DNA of 64,000 nt from Methanobacteriota archaeon (GCA_020696385.1 JAEHCQ010000002.1:288001-352000), one strand, 5' to 3'; counted from the first letter of the stretch, positions 21,369 to 31,595 are shown. Numbers and translations: made by a program. Notes: generated from the letters alone by a model not told the origin.

Positions 21369-21992
21369 TCAAACGATCTGCCTGGTGGTTATCATCCTGC
21401 TAACTGAGGCAGCTGCGATCACTTTGACCGCGTCTCCGGTGATGAAAGGTACGACGGCCATAGCCAGTACGGTTCCCGCACCATATCCGGTCATGATACC
21501 GAACCACAGGGCGCCGAAAGCGTAGATGATACCCACACCGATCGACATGAGGGCCAGTAAATTGTGGAAGTTCCTTGTTTTGTAGTACTTCTCCACCGCC
21601 CAGCCGATGACACCAGCGGCAATGACGAATCCAACCAGATATCCCAATGTCACCATGCCAGTTATACCAGCCAACCACGGGACTCCAGCAAGACCAAGGC
21701 CAACATACAGGCCTTGGCTCAATGTGCCGAACCTGCTGCCGAGAACAACACCTGCCAGCAGAACTGCGAAGACCTGGCCAGTAAGTGGGATCGGGTTACC
21801 TGGCATGAAGAATTTCACTTGTGCCAGAAGCCCAGTTAAACATGCGAAGCTCAGTGCGAGTATGACCTTGCGTGCAAAGTCCAGTTCATTCTGCCATTCA
21901 TAGAACCTGTGTCTCAGGAATCTGTATTTGTTTACGGAAACATTGACCATATTGGATCTCTCCATTTCACCCATAGGGTTGTGATGGGGCAT
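21369..21992 (-). CDS. bioY: Biotin transporter BioY (ECF S-component)
   Basis: P.PLTGQ.FAVLLAG, Y..LGLAG.P, GYLVGF, PFI.GD..K. Confidence 0.92.
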   Translation of the reverse strand: MPHHNPMGEMERSNMVNVSVNKYRFLRHRFYEWQNELDFARKVILALSFACLTGLLAQVKFFMPGNPIPLTGQVFAVLLAGVVLGSRFGTLSQGLYVGLGLAGVPWLAGITGMVTLGYLVGFVIAAGVIGWAVEKYYKTRNFHNLLALMSIGVGIIYAFGALWFGIMTGYGAGTVLAMAVVPFITGDAVKVIAAASVSRMITTRQIV

Positions 21993-22022
21993 GGAAATTA
22001 TCTATTTAACAATACCCATACC

Positions 22023-22060
22023 ATTATGATTTGATTATGATTTGATTATGATTTGATTAT
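22023..22060. repeat. 11-bp tandem repeat (attatgatttg) x3.4
   Basis: attatgatttg attatgatttg attatgatttg attat; overlaps the stop codon of the receiver gene. Confidence 0.85.
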
Positions 22061-23158
22061 ATTTTGATAGATGTAATCCAACAATTCTTCCTTTTCTCTC
22101 ATTATTTTATCTTCACCGATCTCAGCCTCAAAAGTATCAAATTTTTGCCCTATATTATGAAGATCATCATCACTCAAATACTTAGTGGCAAATGGAAAGA
22201 ATTTCTCATCCTCAAATTTGATATGATTTGCCAGAAGTTCATTATATTTTCGAGCACTTTCCTTGATCGGAGCAATATTCCTTCTTTTGATATCGACATA
22301 AATATCGATATCAAATTTCAAGCTCTTGATATGCTCCTCCACTTCGCTTATTTCATCTTCAATTTTAATGCTTAGTTCGAACTGGTTGATCGTTTTGATC
22401 AATAAATATAGCTTTTCTCTCTGTTCTTCAACATACACGGAAATAAAACCCTGAAGATCGGAGAAAAGGCTCTCAAGTTCATCATGTTGCTCATGGATGC
22501 TGACGAAAGCTGTATTGGATATACCTTCAAACCAGGCATTGGTGCTTTGACTTAAAACTTCCAGGAAATGGTCCATGAATATCTTCTCTTTACCATGATG
22601 CTGGGAGACCTCGAGTATCAACAAATGCTTGGATAATTGTTGAAGAACATCAAGATTAATATCCACATCAGACTCATTGCACAAACGATTAAAAATCTCG
22701 GTCACAGCCCTTAAATAAGTATGATCTTTCATCAATGACATAATCGGGTTTGTGAAAGAGCCAGTATCTACGATGATAGTTTTTTCTTTAATAAATCTCT
22801 TCGCAATATCAATCCTTTCCATCAATAATTCCTTATCAATTGGCTTAGTAATAAAATCATTAATTCCTTGGTCTATGGCGAACATTATATTATCTATATC
22901 TTTGTTTGAGGAAATCATTATGATGTAGCAATTCTTTCCAGAAATATTGTTAAATTCTTGTATATCTCTGCTAATTGCGACACCACTGACATCCGGGAGA
23001 TGCCAATCCAGAAGAACAAGATCATAATCTCCTGTTTTATAATCTTCCAGAGCGCTGACACCTTCTGAAAATTCACTAACCTGGTGTCCATTCTCTTCAA
23101 GGAATTTTGACACTAGTTTTCGTTGCACCATATTTTCTTCGATAATCAACACTTTCAT
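22046..23158 (-). CDS. Response regulator receiver fused to a hemerythrin-like (HHE) domain
   Basis: Receiver: LLDWHLP, DFITKP. HHE: LMKDH, HHGKE, EQHDE, HIKFEDEKFFP. Confidence 0.82.
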   Translation of the reverse strand: MKVLIIEENMVQRKLVSKFLEENGHQVSEFSEGVSALEDYKTGDYDLVLLDWHLPDVSGVAISRDIQEFNNISGKNCYIIMISSNKDIDNIMFAIDQGINDFITKPIDKELLMERIDIAKRFIKEKTIIVDTGSFTNPIMSLMKDHTYLRAVTEIFNRLCNESDVDINLDVLQQLSKHLLILEVSQHHGKEKIFMDHFLEVLSQSTNAWFEGISNTAFVSIHEQHDELESLFSDLQGFISVYVEEQREKLYLLIKTINQFELSIKIEDEISEVEEHIKSLKFDIDIYVDIKRRNIAPIKESARKYNELLANHIKFEDEKFFPFATKYLSDDDLHNIGQKFDTFEAEIGEDKIMREKEELLDYIYQNIIKS

Positions 23159-23236
23159 CTCTTTCCCTCATTCCAATTGAACATCGTTATGAACCATATA
23201 AATACATTTAGGCTAATTTACGATCATTCAAAAAGC

Positions 23237-23469
23237 GTGAATAGCTGGTCATCCTCTCCAACATCAAATAATCCCAATCTCGCCCCCGCATCCAGCCAGC
23301 GTGAGCCTTTTCTTTTAACTTCGCTGCGCTGGCTTGGGCTCCAAAAGAACAAGTATCACAGTGCAAAAGAAAACTCGCCCAAGCCTACTCGCTCATTGAT
23401 ACAATGTGAATAGCTGGTCATCCTCTCCAACATCAAATAATCCCAATCTCGCCCCCGCATCCAGCCAGC
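23237..23469. repeat. 64-bp perfect direct repeat (23237-23300 = 23406-23469) of the DUF357 gene 3' end, flanking a palindromic spacer
   Basis: Identical gtgaatagctgg...tccagccagc copies; spacer contains ttttctttt/aaaagaaaa and ggcttgggc/gcccaagcc. Confidence 0.92.
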
Positions 23470-23689
23470 CATGTGCGTAATTCACACATGCGAAGGCATT
23501 GATATAATCACCAGTATTGAAAAAATGCTCCGCATCCTCGAAATAAGCATTGGCCATTTTGAGAAAGTCTTCAGCCGCTGTCCTCATGAAGGATCGATCT
23601 GGGGAGATTATCTTCAATTTATCCAGTGCCTTTCTCGTCTTCTCCAGGTAAGCCACTATGTGCTCTTCTGAGACTGTATCTCTTTCCAT
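23393..23689 (-). CDS. DUF357 family protein
   Basis: MA.AY.EDA.HF...GD...AFA.VNYAHGWLDAGARLG signature. Confidence 0.88.
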   Translation of the reverse strand: MERDTVSEEHIVAYLEKTRKALDKLKIISPDRSFMRTAAEDFLKMANAYFEDAEHFFNTGDYINAFACVNYAHGWLDAGARLGLFDVGEDDQLFTLYQ

Positions 23690-24257
23690 TGAAAGCAGGT
23701 ATGCGCTTTCTATTAAATATGTATGCGCCCAAATGATTTAGCTCGTCTATGATGTCTGGCTCCCATTCATCACCCATTTTCTGCTTCATATTTTCCCTGT
23801 GGATCATGTAGGCATAGACAAGGGCTATTGCGAGATAGTTCAAGGCCAGTATAAGCACATTGTTCCAAGATATTCCCTGGAAATAAACTTCGGATGACAA
23901 TGGATAAATAAACCTGGTCGCGAACATGCTGGTCTCGTGGAATGGAATATCCAGAAGTATGTGGATGATCCAACCAGAAAGCGCAGGAAGAAGTCTGGGC
24001 TTCAGTTTCCATAATATCACACCAACAATAAAGACCGTGACAAAACTATGTAATATGAAATAGATATCGAGAAACACCTGAGGAATGTTTCTCATCGCCT
24101 CAGCATAGCTGGTATCCATGGGCGACCAGAACATGGAGTAGAGCATTATCAACAGGAATCCCACATCCGGGAGCATGGAGAAGATAAGAGCCTCATCATG
24201 CCAGAGCTTGTTCCTGGTGGGGATATGCACCCACAGAATATGAGAAAAGAAATCCAT
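23619..24257 (-). CDS. Membrane-bound metal-dependent hydrolase-like protein
   Basis: MD..SH, MLPD, LHS and HILLDIPFH motifs with TM segments; 3' end overlaps the DUF357 gene. Confidence 0.7.
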   Translation of the reverse strand: MDFFSHILWVHIPTRNKLWHDEALIFSMLPDVGFLLIMLYSMFWSPMDTSYAEAMRNIPQVFLDIYFILHSFVTVFIVGVILWKLKPRLLPALSGWIIHILLDIPFHETSMFATRFIYPLSSEVYFQGISWNNVLILALNYLAIALVYAYMIHRENMKQKMGDEWEPDIIDELNHLGAYIFNRKRIPAFNGKRYSLRRAHSGLPGEDEKGTG

Positions 24258-24410
24258 TAGTAATAAAATGTGAATTAGTATATATAAGTTGATTGGTATG
24301 GTTTTTTGTAATTAAGAATAATTTATGATACCCCATATTCGACTCCCCCCCTCACCCAGATATCTTGATCGACATAAAAAATTAAATACCCATATACTAT
24401 TTTCACTCTC

Positions 24411-24944
24411 ATGACGAACGAGAAAGCCAGACAGACCCGCGGAGGTGTGGTCAAAGGCTATGCCAAGTACATCAAGAAGAAATGGGGGACAGATGGTGTT
24501 TTGGCATGCCAGAGAGATATTGGAGAACTGGGATTCGAGGTCAAAGAGGATGCCTGGTACCCGGAGGAAGTCAATGTCAAGATACTCCAGTGGATCGCTG
24601 ACAATTATGGATTAGAGTATGTGGAGAAGGCCGCGGCCTCCACCATATCTGAAAGGGGTGTTGTGGCTTATGCGGCCAAGCTGGCGGGCATCAAGAAGGT
24701 TTTGGAGCGCGGGGTCGAGGATTATTACCGCAATTTCAATTATGGGAAGATCGACATCGATATCAGTGACAATCAAGCCACGGTCACCTTGACAGATTCA
24801 ACATCCAATGAGGTAGATTGTGTTTCCTGGAAAGGAGCCCTGAAAGGAGTGTACAAGCTCGTTAATAAGACCGGGGACGTGCAGGAGATGGAGTGTAGCC
24901 ACAAAGGTAAGAGTGCGTGCAAGTTCCTCATGACCTGGGAGTAG
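24411..24944 (+). CDS. V4R/heme-NO-binding-like ligand-binding protein
   Basis: WYP motif, C.SW.G.L.G and E.ECSHKG...CKF...W C-terminus. Confidence 0.72.
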   Translation: MTNEKARQTRGGVVKGYAKYIKKKWGTDGVLACQRDIGELGFEVKEDAWYPEEVNVKILQWIADNYGLEYVEKAAASTISERGVVAYAAKLAGIKKVLERGVEDYYRNFNYGKIDIDISDNQATVTLTDSTSNEVDCVSWKGALKGVYKLVNKTGDVQEMECSHKGKSACKFLMTWE

Positions 24945-25055
24945 TTGACACTCTCTGTAATATTTTTAACATTCGGCTATAGCCAGCTAATTAAAGGATT
25001 ACCTGGCCTGTGTTTTTGGCAGGCCAGCATTAACATAATTCCAGTCGCTCGGGTA

Positions 25056-26651
25056 TTACTCGATTATCTTCACAGATTCTCCGCCGTGCCTCGTCTCTCT
25101 TGGCCTGATCTGGACAAATAGAGGATTCGATACTCCGCCACCACTGACGATCGCTATGCCAATGGGTATGCGCTGTATCTCATCCGCCATTCCGGCTGAC
25201 AAGCCTTCTACTGACGAAACAATGGCTTTGATATCATTCGGATTAGTAACCTTGAGAATGACCTGGGTATTGCACTGGCTCAGCACATTTTTATCGACTT
25301 TGGCCGCCCTCTGTGTGATGATCACCATGCCGAGGCCGAACTTCCTGCCTTCTGAAGCTATGGTCCGCATGATCTTGGATGAATCCATCACACCCTGCTG
25401 TGGACAGTAATTATGTGCTTCCTCGACCACCATCAGCATCGGTGGTATGGAATTGACCTTCCTCAGTTCGAAAAGCGCCGTGGCTATCCTGGCAACAATA
25501 AGTGCTTGAATATCTGGGGGTGTTCCTCTCAGGTTCAGGATAGTGGTCATGCCCTTGACAATGAGCTCGTTCATCTTGGTCCCGCGCTCGGCAAATATAT
25601 CTATTGAATTGAGATATTCCAGCTCTTGGATGAGAGTTCCAACTCCCCCATCTTCCTCAGCTTCCAGAACTGTCATCAGCTCCCGCAGACTGAAGGTGGA
25701 TTTGGTCGCCTTCAGAGCCTCGATGGCTTTTTTGAGCGATGTCAGCTCCTTCCGTCCATTTTTGATATTGGTGAGGTCAAGAAGATCTTTCGGTTCCATA
25801 TTGGATAATGTGAATTTCAGTGGTTTGGCATTGGGGTTGATCTTCGTATCTGGTGAGAATTCCATTATTTTGTCCTTGTACGATCTCGGGGTGATGCCGA
25901 ACTTCTCCGCCCCCTCGACGACCACGCCAGAATCCACCATCGAATTGTATTCTCCATGTGGATCCACAATGAGCACGGTGACATCGTGCTTCATAAGTTC
26001 CTCAAGAATGACACCAGTCATGTAACTCTTACCACCACCGGTCTTGGCCAGGACAGACACGTGTTTCTGAACCATGGAATTGATATCCAGTTCTATTCGG
26101 ATATCATGGCCATTGAGCATTCCGATGAATGCTCCAGTTCTCGCATCTTCCTTGATACCAATGACATCGCGTATCAATTCATCATCAGCTGCCAGTACTG
26201 GAGACCCTGCTTTGAAGGGTGTACCAGGTACTTGCAGCAGACCACGATCATCGCGATATCCTAACATCGTGATCATCGCACTGACCCTTTCCTCGATGTT
26301 CACATGCTGACCTTCGGCCATTAATTTCGCCTTGTCCAGTGAGAGATTGGTCTTTCTCTCCATGGAATCCACCTGACCCAGGACCATGCCACAGGCCTCG
26401 TGGGGAACCATGATGTACTCGGCTTTTTCCAAATGGCCAGTCACACTGCATTTGAAGGTCGTGGTCCCGACATCGCCGTAAATTATCCCGACGACATTGG
26501 AGCCTGGTGCATGACCGTCATGATTCGCCTCATTGAGATTATCATGGGTGTGATCATCCGTATGATCATCAAACGTATTTACATCGTTCTGGCCTTCGCT
26601 AACCGTGTCCGTATCCTTTTCATAATCTGAATTATCTTGCATCCCATCCAA
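25056..26651 (-). CDS. HerA-like ATPase (HAS barrel plus DUF87)
   Basis: HVSVLAKTGGGKS, DPHGEY, VVEEAH, IASEGRKFG, TQR. Confidence 0.9.
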   Translation of the reverse strand: MDGMQDNSDYEKDTDTVSEGQNDVNTFDDHTDDHTHDNLNEANHDGHAPGSNVVGIIYGDVGTTTFKCSVTGHLEKAEYIMVPHEACGMVLGQVDSMERKTNLSLDKAKLMAEGQHVNIEERVSAMITMLGYRDDRGLLQVPGTPFKAGSPVLAADDELIRDVIGIKEDARTGAFIGMLNGHDIRIELDINSMVQKHVSVLAKTGGGKSYMTGVILEELMKHDVTVLIVDPHGEYNSMVDSGVVVEGAEKFGITPRSYKDKIMEFSPDTKINPNAKPLKFTLSNMEPKDLLDLTNIKNGRKELTSLKKAIEALKATKSTFSLRELMTVLEAEEDGGVGTLIQELEYLNSIDIFAERGTKMNELIVKGMTTILNLRGTPPDIQALIVARIATALFELRKVNSIPPMLMVVEEAHNYCPQQGVMDSSKIMRTIASEGRKFGLGMVIITQRAAKVDKNVLSQCNTQVILKVTNPNDIKAIVSSVEGLSAGMADEIQRIPIGIAIVSGGGVSNPLFVQIRPRETRHGGESVKIIE

Positions 26652-26911
26652 GATGAATCATCTCCATTTTATTTCGAGATTTCGTATGTGAGGACTCAGT
26701 TCACACATATGAAACTTCGATATTTTTCGAAGTTCCGGAAACAATCACTCGCGTTCTCGCTTCCATTCACTTCCAATATATCAACCAGTATATAATTAGG
26801 TGAATATAAATATATGGGACAATATGGTTTTATAATATTTTGTTTATCAAGCCACAAATGGATCATCACCTATTATATTAACAATCGTTAGGTCAAAACA
26901 TTATATATGAG

Positions 26912-26946
26912 TTTTCGGCTATATTAAATATATTCGGCATACCGAA
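26912..26946 (+). promoter_or_regulatory. Candidate DtxR/MntR-type metal-responsive operator
   Basis: ttcgg-cata-ccgaa (26933-26946) plus an imperfect copy at 26914, between a TATA-like ttatatat and the FTR1 start. Confidence 0.5.
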
Positions 26947-26960
26947 AAAGAGGCAAAATA

Positions 26961-27872
26961 ATGATAGGGCAGTATTTGATAACATTCAGGGAAGTATTAG
27001 AAGCAGCATTGATAACAGCAATAATCATTGCATATTTTAAAAGAACCAATAAAGATCATTTGATAAAATATGTATGGCTTGGGATCTCATTAGCTTTAGT
27101 AGCCAGTGTGGGTATTGCCATGATAATTTCATTAATATACGGAGGACTCTCAAGCGCAGATGCGAAGCTGTTCGAGGGCATTGCGTCGATCATAGCCGTT
27201 ATTGTTCTTACTGGCATGATATTCTGGATGTCTATGAAGGGTAACACGATCAAAAAAGAGATTGATCAAAAAATTAGCCAAAGGATGACGAATGGGACAA
27301 TTATTGGATTGGTGGCCTTCTCCTTCATAGTTGTTTTTAGAGAAGGCTTTGAGACGGTTCTTTTCCTGATACCATTTGGAGCTTCAGATACCAATGCAAC
27401 TATAATTGGTGCTTCTCTCGGTCTCTTTTCCGCCCTATTTGTCTCATACCTCATATATTCTGTCGGTCTAAAATTGAATATCAGAAGATATTTCTATTTT
27501 TCTAGTATATTACTTGTATTACTGGCTGCAGGACTTTTGGGGTATGGGATACATGAATTAATATCATATCAAAAAGCAATTGGCACTGATGTGGGATGGC
27601 TGGGCATTTATGCCTTCGATCTTGGAATATCAGATGGGAGTTTCTTACACCATAAAGGAGCCATTGGTTCCATATTTGCAGTGATGCTTGGATATTCGGT
27701 TAAAATGGAATATGCGAGAATAATCGTTCATATATCCTATTTGATAATATTTCTACCACTTACAATTATCACATATAGAGCCCCCCATTACATCGATCGC
27801 CTGGCCATTCTGGGCAGAAGGATTTGGTTCTTTTTGAGACCCCAAGAAAAAATACAAACCATCAAAAAATAG
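26961..27872 (+). CDS. FTR1 family iron permease
   Basis: Two RExxE motifs (FREVLEA, FREGFET) and about seven TMs. Confidence 0.92.
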   Translation: MIGQYLITFREVLEAALITAIIIAYFKRTNKDHLIKYVWLGISLALVASVGIAMIISLIYGGLSSADAKLFEGIASIIAVIVLTGMIFWMSMKGNTIKKEIDQKISQRMTNGTIIGLVAFSFIVVFREGFETVLFLIPFGASDTNATIIGASLGLFSALFVSYLIYSVGLKLNIRRYFYFSSILLVLLAAGLLGYGIHELISYQKAIGTDVGWLGIYAFDLGISDGSFLHHKGAIGSIFAVMLGYSVKMEYARIIVHISYLIIFLPLTIITYRAPHYIDRLAILGRRIWFFLRPQEKIQTIKK

Positions 27873-27880
27873 TGCCCGAA

Positions 27881-29062
27881 TTAGAAGCATTTCCAATGCT
27901 TTTTCAAATGTCCTTTTAGATCGGCCAGCATCTTTTCAGTAATTCTATCCAGCTTGTCCGCTGTATATCCGCCAGGCCGCTTGTATTCAGTTGGTGCCAG
28001 TGCTCGATAGTCCACATCCAGTCCCTGGGTGCCTGCGAACATCGCCAGCCAGCCATAGGTTACGAAATCTCCGTATCCACTGACCATCATGTCTATCAAT
28101 TTACCGCATGCTCCATTTCCTTCGAAAACAGCTTTCCTCACCTTGCTGGTCATCATGTTCAGCCCATCATAATCCAGACCCAATAATGTCAATTCATCTC
28201 CATGATAGGGATCCGATCCCCCATTTCTGATGATCACATCTGGCTTGAATTCATTAACTAATGGTTGAAAGATATCATCGATAGCCCACTCGTATTGGAA
28301 ATATGACGAATAAGGCGGCATGGGGATGTTCACGGTGTAGCCCTCCCCAGCTCCTTCCCCGATCTCATTGACAAATCCCCTTCCAGGATACAGAGTTCTT
28401 GGATCCTGGTGTATGGATATGAAGAGCACGCGCGGATCATCATAGAATATGTCCATCGTGCCATTGCCTTGATGAGCATCTGTATCGAAGATCAATATCC
28501 TCTTCCGCTCATGCCTTTCCAGAAGAGCTTTCGCGGTTATGGCCACATCATTGTAGAGGCAGAACCCCTCGCCATAATCATTGCCAGCATGATGCAATCC
28601 TCCAAATGTATGGACGATCCCGCCTTCTTCGAGCACCAGGTCAGCCGCTTGTAGGCCAGATCCGACGATCAATGATTGCACCCCAGTGACATCGGAATTC
28701 ACCGGAGTGTCCATGGTGATCCTGCCATTGATCTTTTCCAGGTGTTTGATATGAGCCAGGTAGCTATCGGCGTGCACCATCCTCAGGTCATCATCAGTGG
28801 CGGGCTCCAGTTCCATCTTACGAATACTGTCCATTAAGTCAGCTTTTTTCAAAAGTCTCACAAAGCTGGCAAATCTCTCCGGATGGAAAGGATGTCCTTG
28901 TCCAAAGTTGAACTTCGCTAATCGCTCACTGAAAAATATAGGAATCTTATTGCTATCTGTGCTCGAGCCAGTGCTATCGTGTGGCAAATTCTCCAGTCCT
29001 TTGTAAATATATGTTATTGATTTACTAGTTCTGGCGACCGTCGTATCGTGATGCTTTCTCAC
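27881..29062 (-). CDS. Histone deacetylase family protein (AcuC-like)
   Basis: GHPF.P.R, GGLHHA, GFC.YND, DTDAHQGNG, YPGRG. True start probably TTG near 28987. Confidence 0.92.
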   Translation of the reverse strand: MRKHHDTTVARTSKSITYIYKGLENLPHDSTGSSTDSNKIPIFFSERLAKFNFGQGHPFHPERFASFVRLLKKADLMDSIRKMELEPATDDDLRMVHADSYLAHIKHLEKINGRITMDTPVNSDVTGVQSLIVGSGLQAADLVLEEGGIVHTFGGLHHAGNDYGEGFCLYNDVAITAKALLERHERKRILIFDTDAHQGNGTMDIFYDDPRVLFISIHQDPRTLYPGRGFVNEIGEGAGEGYTVNIPMPPYSSYFQYEWAIDDIFQPLVNEFKPDVIIRNGGSDPYHGDELTLLGLDYDGLNMMTSKVRKAVFEGNGACGKLIDMMVSGYGDFVTYGWLAMFAGTQGLDVDYRALAPTEYKRPGGYTADKLDRITEKMLADLKGHLKKHWKCF

Positions 29063-29279
29063 GGTATTGACGGATCTGGGCTCTTATCTTGTTCATCTTA
29101 ATTTCCAATTTCTGAGCCTTTGCCTCGAGCTTGGCTGCCTTCGCTCTGTATTTGGCAGCTTTAGCCTGGTTCTTTGCATCCTTCTGCATCTGCTTGGCTT
29201 CTCTGGTCATCTGCTTGGCATCTTTCTTCATTGCTTTCGCATCGCCAGCCATTGACCTGGAATCATCATAGCTACTCAT
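29025..29279 (-). CDS. Small basic Lys/Ala-rich coiled-coil protein
   Basis: ATG 29279, 84 aa with 7-residue repeats (AKAMKKD AKQMTRE AKQMQKD). Confidence 0.6.
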   Translation of the reverse strand: MSSYDDSRSMAGDAKAMKKDAKQMTREAKQMQKDAKNQAKAAKYRAKAAKLEAKAQKLEIKMNKIRAQIRQYREKASRYDGRQN

Positions 29280-29380
29280 AATATCAACCGTAAATAGTCC
29301 TGGGATGATATAAGGTTTTACATTTGAAAGATAAGTTACCTGTGATAATAAATTTATAGCTAATCGCGATTGGAGTTTCA

Positions 29381-30691
29381 ATGAGGATACTTCTTGAATC
29401 TTATGGCTGTACCCTGAATAAGGGAGAGGCTGAGGAGCTGGCCACCATGCTTACAAAAGGTGGCCATGAGATCACACACCTCGCTGATGCCCTATCACCA
29501 GGGATTGCGGATATGTCCATTATTTTCACCTGTGGTGTCATCAACACCACAGAATTACGAATGTTGAGAAGGATAGGCCAGTTGAAAGAAATCTCAAGAG
29601 GCATCGCGGTCTGCGGATGCCTCGGAGCCATATGTGAGAGCGAGATCCTGAATATAGCCCCGGATGCCATGATATTTCCAGCAGCCTCGAATGATGATAT
29701 TGTAAAGGCGGTCATTGCCATTGCCAATGACGGCACTGGCAATGTGGAACAGATCAGCAAAGCAGATCAGGTCAGCAATGCGAATGATATCAGCATCGAG
29801 CCCATGGATAACAGGATCGGCATCCTGCCCATAGCTACTGGATGCCTGGGCGAGTGCACTTACTGCATCACCAGATTCGCCAGAGGCCAGTTGAAGAGCC
29901 GCGGTCTGGAAGAATTAAAGACCAGGGCATTGGATCTTATTTCCACAGATATTCGCGAGCTCCAGATAACTTCTCAGGATACGGCAGTTTACGGCATGGA
30001 CATGGGTTTGCAAGGCCCACGACTGCCAGATGTCATGAACATGGTATCATCGATAGATGGTGATTTCATGGCCAGGGTGGGCATGATGAACCCCGCTGCT
30101 GTTCTGAAAATTCTTCAGCCCCTTGTGAAAGCATATGGTGAGGACAAGATATTCAAATTCATCCATCTGCCTCTGCAATCGGGCAATGATGAGGTACTGG
30201 AACATATGAACCGTCATTATTCCACATCTGATTATATCGAAATTACCAATGCCTTGAGGGTCGCACATCCGGACATTTTCATATCCACAGATATCATCAC
30301 CGGATTCCCTGGTGAGAAGGAGGATCAATTCCAGGACAGTATGGATATCATATCCAGTCTGGCACCCGATATTGTTAATGTCACCCGTTTTTCCGCACGT
30401 TCTGGGACAAAGGCAGCCATGATGCCTGATCAGGTTCCTGGATGGATATCCAAGGAGCGTTCAAGTATTATGATGGAATTGAGGTTTAATATATCGAAGG
30501 CTAAAATGGCATCCAGAATAGGGGAAAAGATCGATGTACTGGCAACAGAATATAAAAAACCAGGCACCACCTTCCTAAGGTCTAGGAATTATCGGCCAGT
30601 TATTGTCGAGAAACATCTACCTCTTGGCATATGGTACGAAGTGGAGATCGTGGAAAATACCGATATTCACATGATCGGTAAGCCACTATGA
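29381..30691 (+). CDS. mtaB: tRNA t6A methylthiotransferase (archaeal MtaB, MiaB-like radical SAM)
   Basis: ESYGC..N, CGC, GCLGECTYC, HLPLQSG, TDIITGFPGE, TRAM-like tail. Confidence 0.9.
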   Translation: MRILLESYGCTLNKGEAEELATMLTKGGHEITHLADALSPGIADMSIIFTCGVINTTELRMLRRIGQLKEISRGIAVCGCLGAICESEILNIAPDAMIFPAASNDDIVKAVIAIANDGTGNVEQISKADQVSNANDISIEPMDNRIGILPIATGCLGECTYCITRFARGQLKSRGLEELKTRALDLISTDIRELQITSQDTAVYGMDMGLQGPRLPDVMNMVSSIDGDFMARVGMMNPAAVLKILQPLVKAYGEDKIFKFIHLPLQSGNDEVLEHMNRHYSTSDYIEITNALRVAHPDIFISTDIITGFPGEKEDQFQDSMDIISSLAPDIVNVTRFSARSGTKAAMMPDQVPGWISKERSSIMMELRFNISKAKMASRIGEKIDVLATEYKKPGTTFLRSRNYRPVIVEKHLPLGIWYEVEIVENTDIHMIGKPL

Positions 30692-30808
30692 TGGGGTCTT
30701 CATTCGTTTTACTTCATAATTGCAGATTGCCAGGTCCAATTTCACCCATTTCTAATCTTTCCCACCCATACACTAAATATTAAATAAAATCCTTCCATTA
30801 CACGTTGT

Positions 30809-31138
30809 GTGAGCGAAACAAAGGCCTTTTTGATGACAGAGATCGAGCTACTGCTCTCTGAAAAACAAACATCATTAGCCACACTGCGTACTGGCATAGC
30901 TGTCTTCACGCTCCCTTTTTCTGTTCTGACGATCCTCATAGCCACATCCAGTTATTACGATGTGACCTCTGGAAAAGTGATATGGATGTTCATCACACTC
31001 ATAGGTCTGTGCGCTTGCCTTAGCTTATTTGGAGGATATCTGGTATTTCACGGAATGTCCATGCTGAGAGCCTGTGATCGAAAGATAAGTGCGATCAAGA
31101 AACAAAGTAAGTTCATCAATAATCTAATGGTGGATTAA
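30809..31138 (+). CDS. Small membrane protein, DUF202-like
   Basis: LLSEKQTSLATLRTG motif followed by two TMs. Confidence 0.65.
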   Translation: MSETKAFLMTEIELLLSEKQTSLATLRTGIAVFTLPFSVLTILIATSSYYDVTSGKVIWMFITLIGLCACLSLFGGYLVFHGMSMLRACDRKISAIKKQSKFINNLMVD

Positions 31139-31164
31139 TTGTATTCGTGAAGTCACGGATATCA

Positions 31165-31473
31165 TTAATGTAGTGGCCTTCTGCATTTGGAACATATTAT
31201 CTTACAATCTTTCTTGCATTTCGTGCATTTGCCAGCCATGAATTTTTCCTCGACCGGGGCAGAGCAACAATCCGACACAGTATCCACGATGTGTCCACAG
31301 TATTTACAAGGGTGCTGTTTCGGCTTCTTAGGTATAAGGACTTTGGTGAAAAGATAATAGCCAATATACAGTCCGACAATTACCAGACCCAGCAGTATGA
31401 GATAGGTGAAAAGGAACCCGCCTCCGTCATCTTCCCCCGGAGTGGTCTGCAGATAATACAGCAGATTGTACAC
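31165..31473 (-). CDS. Membrane-anchored Cys-rich (zinc-finger-like) protein
   Basis: One TM, then CKYC, CC, CTKCKKDC, CSKC. Confidence 0.65.
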   Translation of the reverse strand: MYNLLYYLQTTPGEDDGGGFLFTYLILLGLVIVGLYIGYYLFTKVLIPKKPKQHPCKYCGHIVDTVSDCCSAPVEEKFMAGKCTKCKKDCKIICSKCRRPLH

Positions 31474-31595
31474 GAAATACGGTAATCGTAATTCTCATAA
31501 AAGACTTTGGTAAGGTATAATATGATTAATCTTGACCAATTCAATAAGAAAACTTTAAGATGGAAAACATATTTCCACGGCACACGAGACAATAT

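Noticed and set aside
23237-23469. DGR template/variable repeat pair
   Set aside because: Differences are not adenine-specific and no reverse transcriptase is present.
25056-26651. HerA-based defence system or herA-nurA-mre11-rad50 operon
   Set aside because: No nuclease, Sir2 or repair partner is adjacent.
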